A stretch of 64,000 bases of DNA from Phoronis australis. Taxonomy: Eukaryota > Animalia > Phoronida. The notes beneath the pieces are model-generated. The model was given only the letters and a program-made list of their open reading frames with translations, was not told the DNA's origin and made no database searches. Both the position numbers and the translations under genes were made by a program. Each line of letters starts with the position of its first letter. Positions within the stretch are counted from its first letter, which is position 1. Positions 37,617 through 49,800 of the stretch are shown piece by piece. The stretch is taken from assembly GCA_002633005.1 (NCBI GenBank), contig NMRA01000050.1, positions 1,223,395-1,287,394 on the forward strand. Reading direction: 5' to 3'.

Positions 37617-38836
37617 CTAAAATTGACCAGTAAGGTACTAGTGAATAAACAAGCAGATATTGGCCCATGCGGAATTGACAGCTAGCTCTCATTTTAAATT
37701 GAAACTTCAACTACAGAGTTATGGAAGAGCTTGATTGTTGAATTCGATTGATTGAGCAAGGCAGAAGGTACCTATTACAACTGAAATCAAATCATTCAGC
37801 AAACGTCTTCACTTCAAAATAGAATGGTAATATGTACTTTTCAAATAAGATGCACTAAATGAAGAATACAGTAATTGCCTTCTTAGGACATTTATTTGAT
37901 AAAAATGTCAAAGTCCAAATTTCTTGTCATACAACAGTTATGCAGACAAATTTGGTTTTAAACCTTTTTTAACACTTTATTGCAGACTGAAAAATTCCTT
38001 TAAATTAAACTTTCAAAAGTATATAATCGTTTTTAAGTGCAAAAGTGTCTCAACCAGTTATCCCACAAATTGTAGCAAAAAATTTGAAAAGAACTTGTGA
38101 TATTTCACAGAAAAATTTGTTTCAAAAACCAAAAAGGATTAGAAAAATGGAAAATACTTTTGGTTTTGCAAGATCAATGACTGATTGGAAGTTATGTTTT
38201 CAAACTTCTGTTTTTTGAACTACAAATGTAAGACTGAGATGGTTTCAATTGAAAATTGTACACAGTCTCCAACAGACCGATGTACTTTTTGTAGGAGTGA
38301 ATCAGTTCTGAAAGTTTAGAACGTTTATTTTGGGGTTGCATTTTTGTTAAGCCTTTTTGGAAAAGAATAGCTGAATATTATATTCACACAAAAAAGGTTG
38401 ATATATCTATAGATGTTCAGACTGTTATATTTGGCACAACAGGTTAATATACAAATGAACTGTTGAATCTTATCTTTTATGGCCAAAGATCACGTGTACT
38501 GTTACAGTAGAAAGCTGAAAGTAGAACCTTCATCTGCAACACTGTTCAAAAAAGAATTAGAAATTTATTCCACATTCGAAAAATACAATTACTGTAAAAA
38601 TGGATTAGGAGACCTAGTTTTTCAAAGAAGGACTCTGTTTTTTACTCTTTAAAAAGAAATACAGATGAGAAAAGTACATTTTTTGTTTTTGGTTTGTGAA
38701 ATTGAGTTTTCGGTGAAATGTGTGCGTGATGTGTCATTGGGGATTTTTGTCTTTGTATTGTGTTACAAAGAATGTTAATCTAAAAATGCCTTCATAATCA
38801 CTTAAAGCATAGAGATGGAGAAAAGAATTCTATTAA

Positions 38837-39036
38837 AGGAGAATGCCACCCAAAAAACAACTTACTTTGTATCAATTTAGATCGAGTAGTTCTTCTTGAC
38901 AACACACGTTCGGTTGCGTTACCCGACACCTGACAGCAGACCTCTTGGCAAGGTGAGGTCGACCATATAAGAGACGATGTGGACATAGACCAATTAAGAC
39001 AGTAAAAAGACTAATTAAATTGGGTGGCATTCTCCT
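38837..39036. mobile_element. 200-bp internally deleted MITE of the Kolobok-like element
   Basis: ttaa-aggagaatgccaccc ... gggtggcattctcct-ttaa; the two halves match the two ends of 3365-4915. Confidence 0.88.
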
Positions 39037-40890
39037 TTAAATGTTAGAAAAAACATCATTTGATAATGAATTGCTGAAATTTCCTGAACGCACATTTTCA
39101 ACATTGGCGCCACAAAATCAGACACAGAACACGTTCACAAACAATAGCGCACTCACACGAACAGGTGATTCTTTACCGTGTCGAATAGTCTCGTATGAAC
39201 TAATATGTAAAACATAAAAGAGACAGTGCACACAATTCCTTAATATTACTTTGTGGCACAACAATACCCAGGACACTTACTGTGCACTCTGCTCATCCCA
39301 GTGACTAACCCACACATAATGCTGACTTAAATGCAACATGGGTTAAGTTACTTGACCAGTATTGAACTATGTTCAGTTCCTGTTACAGTACACATCAACA
39401 GTAGTCAGACTTAACGCTTCATCATACTGGCAGCTCATTTTAACAATGCCAAGTTCCACATGTATAGCTGCATGGCTTGGAATGACCAATGACAAAAAAG
39501 AGGAAAACTTTCCAGGTGATGTATCGTTCCACAAATAGGTTTGTGTAAAAGAAATATTTTTTGGAAATCAAACAAGAGGAAAAAAACACAAAACAGGAAA
39601 TCTTCTTAAACATGCTATGAACAGTCCCACTAAATAAGATTGGTCCTAACCCCGGTCGTCAAGGTAAACGGTGGGGTATAGAAAATTGAACTAGACCATA
39701 TTTATCCACCTTGGCTGAGTCGCGCTCGGCTCACGATCAAAGGCATGCTGCCAAGCTGCTCTATTCATCGAGTCACGAGCGAGGATAATTGGCTTCGCTC
39801 ATGCGGATATGATCATCTGATTACAATTTACCTAGCAGACTGTACTTTTTATGGATATAGTTACAAGTAGCTTTACTGTAATATTTGAAAAGAGGAGCGA
39901 AAACAAATATGAGTACAACTTTGAATTTTTCAAATGGGCCCAGGATAAGAGATTTTGCAACACAGCAACACTCACGATTACTTTCAATCGGCGCGCACGA
40001 ATACAAAAATATAGGACCCAAGTTATTTACATTTTGGAACACATGCATTGCAATATTCAAAATATGTTTATTATGAATCTTACAAGCTGCAAAACGACGT
40101 TCTTTAATTTCATTGTGCTCATTCATTTTCATCCGTCAAATCGGCAATTTCCGAGATGTGATCTGCGGCATGCGCGTAGGTGTACAAAACATGTGATTGT
40201 TATGTTCCTGAAGTACGAAAATTAAGAAACTTTAGCATGCCGTTATTATTGACAGGAACACGATAAAACGAATTTGGATTTTGACTATAGTCTTGATACA
40301 GCGAGCTGGCTGACCACTGCGTCAGTGTCTCCGTTAGGCTCAGAAATTTCAAAACAACACTGAACAGAGACAGGGGATATGAATTACAGCTATTTATCAA
40401 CACCTCCTCTCAAGTAGCGGCCACCAGGTGGGGTTGGACAAGCATGACCATTTGACATGCAGAGTACCGCCAGTACCCTGAAGAAGGGCAAAGGACGAGA
40501 TTGAAAGTTATGCCAGCAAACAAAAACATGTTGCCGGTAGCTAAATATTCTATCCTCCATGTTGTGTGATAATCTGAAAACAGTGTTCACTAATAGCTGC
40601 GATATGCAAATCATGGTAAAGTTTCCTAAAATGCGAACAAAAATTTCCATTTTTCAATTGCTCCCTCTATAACCAAAATGTTCAAACTTCCATTGTGTAT
40701 TACTATTTGCTTATGACAGCTGCGCTACATAGTTTCCAAATAATCCTGTCGTGTTTTTATTCTTGTTGAATTTTTTCACAAAACAACATTTTTTCTAATC
40801 TGCCACATTGTGTTCCCGTGCACTTCTTTGGTTGCTACGACCCTTCATGAACACAAACACAAGTTTAACAAAAATGCAGCTTTAACAAAC

Positions 40891-43800
40891 CTGCCACAGC
40901 TTCAGCTCTCTTCTTGGAGAAATCCGTAATTTTCCACACCAGCACGCCATCGTAGCTGATCAAGTCCAATGCCTAGAAACAGATTTCTGTGTTAGCAATG
41001 TGAAGCCATATCATCAAACACCAACAACAGATTGTCAATTAAGGCTGATGATAACTACATGCAGGTCAAGGTCAAACACTCTAGGATTATAACAACAACT
41101 CTCAGCATGAATAACCACTTCAAATTAAATTCTATGAAATCTCAAAATTAGCACGATTCTACCACAGCAGCAAAAAATACCACAAAAAAGGTATGGGGCA
41201 TATCACGTAACAACAAGCCCTGCTTATAATGTTTGCTCACTCATTCTGGGATTCCTGTTCTTTCCTAACTAGCAAACACAGATACAACATTCACATGGTC
41301 ATAATGTCCTAGCTTCTATGCCCCAGTGGGTAATTTCAACAACTTAATCCAACTAATCAACAATTGATAAATGAGTTAGACTGAATTTGGAAATTCTCCA
41401 GACCCAGAAAATAAATGGCTCAGTGATTATGAGTAAGGCCCAATGGGTAGAAGAGGGGGAACTAATTCTAAATATTTTCTTAATTTCGAAAAACGTAACC
41501 ATTGTAAAAAACATATAATGGAATTATGTAGTAATGATCAGACAGTTACTGATCCAGGCAAAATTTTAGAAATTCAAAGAAATTTCTATAAAACTCTGGA
41601 TTCACAGAGCGACAGTGACGGAGGATGTGGGTTGCTCTGGTATATTTAACCTTCCAAAAGAAAAAATTAACAGATCAGGACTCCATTTTAATGGAAAAAG
41701 ATGTAGCTGAAATGAAACTGATGAAGTTTTAAAAGCTACCAAGAATAGTAAAGCTCCTAGGAACGATGGACTGGGATACGAGTTCTATAAGACATTTTGG
41801 AATCTTGTGAAACGTCATTTTTGGAAAGCATCAATTATAGCCTAAAATCTGGAAAATTATCAGTTTCACAGAGATGAAGTGTTATGACACTTAACTCAAG
41901 AAGCACTGATCAAAATGAATTAAAGCACTTAGAAAACAGGAGACCCATATACTGACTAGATTGTGACTATACACTATTAACAAGAACAACGGCTAACAGG
42001 ATGTATAAAATTATGGCCGCTTTATTACAGAAAAAATTAAGTTAATTAAAGATTTAATAGCATATTACCACAATAACCATTACAATGGTCAAATATTTTT
42101 GGACTTCAAAAAAGCATACGATAGTGTAAACTGGTCATACTTGGGTCAACTCTTGCTTCCTTTAATTTTAGCCCAATGCTGATATGACACATTAAGGCGT
42201 TCTACTACAAAGTTGTGTCAACTGTTTCCAAGAATGGTTACACCTGTAAATATTTCAATGTTAAAAGAAGCCTTCGCCAAGGTGACACTCTGCTCAGTCC
42301 ACGGTTTCTATTGACCTATCGCCAGAATTATGACCGACGGCTCAACTAACCAATCAAAACACAGCATTCTTGCCATACCTTCATCTGCGTTTCCAAGCCG
42401 CCATTTTACCCGACAAACAATGTCGTTGTCGGTAAAGCTTAATTTTAGTCTATAGCTCAAAAAATTGTGGGATAAGAATAGTGAAACGGTGTTGATATGG
42501 CGTGTGTAGTTCTGACAGCCGTTATACATCTCTAGAAGAATATCCCGTCATTTTTGGGCATTCCCTAAGGCGAAAGGTGTTGTCGACTGTGTAAACCATG
42601 GTCGATGGATCAAACTATGTGGACGGCCACACGAGCAGCTTAACTTAACAATATTGCTGGTTTACTCGAAGTTAAAACAAAAAATTAATTGTTCCAAGAT
42701 ACGTACTTTTCAGTTTGGTGGCTATACTGAAGGCCTATCTGGTTTTGACTGCGGAGTTTCACTCGTGGATCATGAATTAGTCTGGCGGTAGTCTCAGGAA
42801 AGTTGTTTTTTAAGGACTTTCTATTATCTTTCATTTATTTCGACCTATAATGTACATCATTCTGTTTCGTAGCACAGGTACATTTTTGTTATACATAAAC
42901 CCGTAGGCTGTCGTTCAACTGAACTTCTCACCAAAAATGATAGACTCGCTCGAAAATTAGAAAAGTATAAACAGTGCTATCGACTGGACCTGCTCGTGGA
43001 GAATACAATCAGTTGTGACCTACTTTTCATTTGGCAGAATTTAGCAGACGACAGAATAAAAATTTTGGCAAATCTTCACTGATTTTGTTCGAAATCTATG
43101 GCATCGTACAGATAATTTGACTTTAGGGTAAATATCCAGCTTTACATGAACATATCGGATCAGTAACTTTGTCAGTTATCAAGTGAAGGTCAACCCCGTG
43201 TGGGGTTCTTCGGATTTTTGCTGGCTCCAAAATAATTTTCCTCGAATGATATTTTTTCATCATTGCAGCTGTACAAATTCCCAAGTCAAGAACCCACAAT
43301 TCTCAGCTGAAAAGTGCCGCCTCTCGTCTTTGTCGAAGCATTTTCGGAGAGTGCAAAAAACGCTCATTAATTCCACCAGGAACGTCGTTTAGCGACTGTA
43401 CATGTATATTTGCCTCTGACATCTCGTTAGTTTGTCAGGTGTCACGTGACTTTTCGCAAGGAGGTGGAGCTTGCGATAGGTCAGTTTTGGGTGGAACTCA
43501 TGAGTAATACCACAAACAAGGGATTACCTTCTTATGGCCGTGAAATCAAAAAAGACAAGTATGCTGACTTTACTACGTTTGTTATAAATGCTGAATCAGT
43601 GTTTTAAGTATTTAGACAGGCTTGGCCACATATCTGGCCTTACCTTTAAACAATTGAAAATCTGAGTAAATGTACTTGGACCACCGTCCTTTATGCAGAA
43701 AACTTGTATGATATTAACTGGTCACAAAAAATATCAAGTGCCTGAGCATATATTTTGGTAGTAATGAAAAAGATAGAACAAAGCAAAATTTTGAAGAAAA

Positions 43801-46800
43801 AATAGTAAAACTCAAGCAAACCCTAGACTAACAGGCTGTAACAATAATGTCTACATGAATTAATATATTATGATAAACCTGATAATTACAATAAATTGTA
43901 ATTACACAATTTTCTAGAACAAGAAATTAATGTTTATTCCTTGCTTTTTACACTTCACATAGACTTTAAAGTTTTTAAGTATGTGCACAATTTAGTTGTT
44001 AATATTTTTGTGTTATTCACTGTGCAGTGAATTTTTCACAGACCACATGGTTTTCTCACCAGCTTGCTAACAGCGTTCTTTTCATAACCACATACCGTAA
44101 TCGTTCGGGTTAACGCCCTGGGCGGTTAAATTGGCGAACCCAAAAAATGGGGGGTGGGCGATTAACCAGACATGGGCGCTTAAACGTGAAATTTCAAGAA
44201 ATCGGGGGGGGGGGGGTTAACTGAACATGGGCGCTTATTACGACCGGCAACCGCCCTGGGCGGTTAATCTTACCTTATGATCTGAGTCACCACACGTACT
44301 AAGCCACATACTGGGATCGCCTAACACTTTGAAAAGAACTTTATCGCCACCAAGTGCGTACTCTGCGCACTCTAATTAACAAATAGTTTCGAAAATGTAG
44401 AGTGTGGTCAAACTCCGAACGCTTGCATAGAAAGTTTGCTACATAATATGGCGCCTCAGGTGAGACCGATTATTGCGAATTATGCTCATTATTTCACTAT
44501 ACTTCGCAGACGTTGAACATGTTCACCTGCGTAGCAGACGGTAGCTGTGCTGTCGTTTTAACCCAGTTGTGGTCACGTGCTGACCCATTTTTCCTGTGAT
44601 CAGTGCACTCCCATAATAAACAACTTAACTGACGGTCACGTAGACAAGGACTACCAGCAGTTCCGAATTTCAGTTCAAAATCATTTCGAGATAACAGAAT
44701 GTACTCCTGGTCTGAATGGTCAAAAAGCATAAAAATGTATAATCAATCACGAAATCGGGTTCAACTATTCAGCTGCCATGCACTGTCGATTCGCCTGTTT
44801 ATGTTGCCGGTATGTGGAGTTGACATGTACGGTACTCTGGCCTTTCAATGGCTAAATACAATAACAAACTTTTTGTTAACAAACTCTACATTCAAAAAAT
44901 TGCCACCAAGTTACATTGCAAAACACAAACACGAGTTTCTGTCTACACTCGCGTTTTTACTGGTCGACTTAGCAAACAAGAAGTCGGCCGATTCCAGTGT
45001 CGACCTTGAACAACCGTCGTTGCGGTTTTCGTTTCGACTGCGAGACGCAGCTTTTGTTAGCAAATGAAACCATCTATTCTCGGTAAAAATAATTCTTAGA
45101 CGAAGCCTTAATTGTTCGGGTAAGTAACCCCGGTTTACTATATGCGACGAAATTACCGTGACGAGAGTACTCGAAAGACGGGGATCTCGATAACCCGGCA
45201 ATTACACTCACCAAAATATAAAGAATTTATCAACTTTTCGCGGTTTATGGGAATTCTTCAAAATCCCGAGAGCTTACAACCTAAAGCGCATTGAGAGGGT
45301 TGGCAAAAGCAATGTCACATTTCTCTGACCTGGTTATTTCGAATGCATCTTTTATATAGTGCACTGTAGTCGATAACTCAGTGCGGCAGAGATTGTGGCT
45401 GAAAGTGGAGGTGTAGACGCCAGCGCGGTTCCTAAAGTTTGCGAACATGAGAAGAAAAGAAAGTGACAAAGTGTTCAAGTATTACATTTTGAAGTTAATC
45501 GATGACCCGTTACAATAATTTGTTACTGGTATCATAATTCACATTGCTAAACCGCGGTCTCTGAGGCCGTCGTTGCACTCAATGTTATCATCGATCTTAA
45601 TCTAAAAGGTCGGGGATTCGCGTTTCCTATTAGCACAGGGCGGTAATCACCAATCGGCAAAAGTAGGGGATGGGCGGTTAACCGAGCAGTGGGCGGTTAA
45701 TTGGAAATCTTCAAAAATAGCAGGGGGGCGGTTAATCGAGCAGTGGGCGGTTAAATCGAAATTCACCTAAAGTAGGGGGTGGGCGGTTAACTGAGCATGG
45801 GCGTTAACCCGAACGATTACGGTATTTTTTCATAAGCAGTACTTCTTCAGCCAAGTAATTCTCATCTAATGAACACAGTCACCCATTTTTTACTCATGAA
45901 CCATAGAGCACTGACAGTGAAGTCAGGAGGAATGACAACGTACACAACAGAAATGATGCATAAGAAAAGTATTGTCTACATCAAAAGAACTGAAAAGAAA
46001 GGAATACAATTTGATATTCAACTATTATGTTTATGGGAAATAACGCTGTAAATGAGAATGCCCGTGCAATTAGTGAGGAAGATCCCCAAAGTAGAGCCCA
46101 GTACTAAAGACCCTAATCACATGCCTGAAGTCTTCGGTTCAGTTCAGCCAAGGTGATGTCCTTCAGCGCCAACTCCCGCTCCATCTTAGCAATGGTAGAT
46201 TGCATCTTCGCCAGATCGTGACGTTCCTTAAGCTGCTGCTCCTCGTGTGCGACCACTACACGATAAACGAGGTCTAACTCCTGGTGCATTGCTGGCATGA
46301 TGGCTGGAAGGAAGTCGAGAGAATAAAGTAACGTGGTGAGTTAGAGGCACACAACTACCTCTCAATAAATAAACTTGTCTATTAAATACCTTTAGGTCAA
46401 CTAAAGACATGCACAGTCTTATTCAACCACACCTCTCCCAAATTTCCACAGCACCACTGATGCCTCGATCTTTCCTCGGACTGGCACTACCTCTACAAAT
46501 TAGTACTACCCACATGATCGAACTTAGGCAGATGTTTTAGAGCCTAATCTCTACATAAACAGAATTTAAGTAAACAGCCTGGTACAGAAGTCTCACATTT
46601 TTTTAATAAAGCCAAATAAAAACAATAACTTTTAATATTAGCCTCACTTTGGCCCACCAGAACATACTGTACATTTACAAGTTACACACGCAGAGTAACA
46701 TTCACAAATGTTGATGCACTATTTTATTTTGCAGTGCGTAAGGTTACGTCCTACTACGTGTGTCAATTGGTTAAGCTTCTTATATAACAGACGTTCCGCT

Positions 46801-49800
46801 CCTATCTGACCTTCTTGACATGAACCGCTATACTGGTAACGCGTACAACGCTAACGATGTTTTATGGAGCCTAGAGCCTAGTATATCATTGTAAGTTTAT
46901 ACTATTTTTCCGCATATTACCGTAGAATTCACTGGCTGTTTCTCGTATTGTGTAAGACTGTTTAGCCCATGCTGTATTACGTGGAATATCTTTATTGTAT
47001 TGTAACATGAACGCTGTATTTCCAAAGACTTATTATTCGTTATATTTGTTTCAGTGAAACCGGCCTTGTCGGACAGTAAGCATAACGTCAACCTTGTTCA
47101 GAATAAACGTATCATATCCGACTATCCCGTGTGTTCAATGCCCAAGGCTCCTACAACAAATAACAGCCATCATTCCATACTTACCGTCCAAGGAGGATAT
47201 CTTTGTTACCAACACATGGTAGTTTGGATCTGATCCTGACAGAGCAGACAAAGCACTCAGCAGACCCTTGGATGATGCGCCCTTAGACGGAACCTGACAT
47301 AGGGAGACAGCAGTCAGGTCAACATGTAGCCATCAAAACAAAATGTCAAAGTATTGGACATGTATCTGAATTCTTATGCAATAGAGACAATGTTATCAAA
47401 GCAGCGCACCCCATTCATAATGTCTGGAGTTTTTATTCCGCACATCAGTTGCATTTTACATTTAACTGTTTCGACAAGATGGCCAATATTTCACCAAAAT
47501 TACACCATTCTGATAACGAATACTCTAATTGATACCGACATTTAGTGTATTAACCACAACCCAAGGACAAATGATCAGCCTTAGTTGTTTGTACCTTCAA
47601 GTACTGCACATTTTACAAGCCATTTGGAGGACAGTTAGTATACACAGGCAACAAGAAGGATAAATAGAACTGCCACGCTCCGCCACCCCCCACCCCATAT
47701 GAAACAGCCCTTATTACTCACTGCCATATTCTCCACACGTGACTGCAGCTGAGGCACAGTTTCAGTCATTTCTTCAATACGTCTGCTAACCACCTTGCTC
47801 TCCGCAGGTGCACATGCAATGGTCGCTGATGCAGAAGCGCCCCCTTCCGTGAAGGCACCAGACTCCTGTACGACACATTTCTTGTTGTGGGACTGTACAT
47901 TATCTGACTTGATCTAAAACATCCATGACTACTGAATTAAAATACAGTCTAATGAGAGGACCACTAAGTCTTGATAGGCTCCCACCTCTAGAGAAGACAA
48001 TCTGTCCCACCTTGTAATAGCAACAACATTCTGTCCCACAACGTAGCGCCATCCAGTTTGTAACACCCTGTAGTACCACTCAGTCTGTCCCACCTCGCAG
48101 TGCCGCGCGCACTCTGTCCCACCCCGCAGTGCCGCGCGCACTCTGTCCCACCCCGTAGTGCCACGCGAACTCTGTCTCTGTCCCACTCCGTAGTGCCACG
48201 CGCACTCTGTCTCTGTCCCACCCTGTAGTACCACCTGCACTCCATCTCACTAACAACTCCATTGTTCCACACTTGTGCAAAAAACAACTACTGTCATTGG
48301 AAAGTCATCATCAACTGTCCTTTTCATAGTAAGAATATGATGCTAGTTTTCACAGTCAATCATCCTTTGAGTGGTTTGGTTGATAGAGGGGCAGACGCCA
48401 AAATTGAATATTTAGTCTCTCAATATACTTTTTAATTTTGAAGGTACCAACATCAACGTAATTTTGTTCAGAATGTGAAAATTCCTACCTGGTCTCGTTG
48501 GATGTCTCGTCTGCATCCCGAACATTTCATCTTCAGTTTTGGACAGACCTCCAGGTGGCTCTTCAGCTCAGCAGCGGCCACATTAGCGCCACATTCTTTG
48601 CAACTGTCCATCCTCATGGAACACAAAGCAGCCATATGGTAGTCACGGTCCCTCACCATCACACTCTCACCACAGCCCTGGGGGCACGCTACCAACATAT
48701 ACTCACACTTTACTTCATGCTCCTGTGGAAAAATCATACTAGATTAGAAGACAAAATGTAGATAGCATAAATCAGTGGATGGCATGCTGACTGGCAATTT
48801 GGCTTCAACAGCAGGCAGTTGCGCCTTGTACACAACTGTCTCTTTTCCATATTAACTCCGTCTTATAGTGTACGCAAATATTTAAGATTACGAAAGACCG
48901 CATACACAAGTCACTCTGTACATTAAATATCTGCAGTGCTACAGAAGTTAACTCAGCAAATGTACATACTTTCTGAGAGTAGAAATACTGTAAAAGACAA
49001 TTTTTGACCTTATACTAATCTGCGACTAATTAGGCCACATGACTCTGATTTTCAGGAACAATTAGTAAAAAAGAAAGCTACAATCACAGTAAAGTAACAG
49101 TACCAATAACATAGACCAACGTATGATATAAACCTTCTAGATAAAATCTCAAAATGCTGCAAGTTTTCTAAAATACCGTTTAATTTTCGTTTCATGCTAC
49201 ATGAGCATTTTTTCAAAAAAAAAAAAATAATACATATTTTTGACAGTCCCAGATGCAAACGTAGAACATTTTAAAAACAGTTCCTAACAACTTCTTGGAG
49301 AACACTATATAAAACATGTATCTAAAACTGTTAAATAAGTCTGATCAGCTATTTTTGAGATACGATATAACTGCCAAGTTGGTCCAAAGGTCCCATATAA
49401 CTTCAAATCCATGCACTTGGTGTCACTGACAACTTTTGGTCAAGTGGCACAGACTGTAAAGGTCAATAATATGAAACCAAAACTATGGACAGAGATCCAA
49501 CTTGATGGTCACTAGGGGGCACATATGTTAGATTCATCTGAAAATCTAAATGTCTCATCATCTCTCTGCCAAATTTCATGAATATTTGTCGTGTTACTCA
49601 GACATAGGAAAAGGAGCGACACCAACATTGCCACCTGGGGGACAGCAGGCTGCAGTCATCTGTCGTCACGTTCATAGGAGTCAAATTTCAAACATCCTGC
49701 AAGGGGGTTAATAAGATACAGCTGCAGTCGCCAGAAAGATGGACAGACAGATGTCAGACAAAGATGATGGCAATATCCCCCACATATGCACACACGGGAG

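Noticed and set aside
47929-48287. Repetitive ORFs (GGTECAR...)
   Set aside because: Translation of the GC-rich minisatellite.
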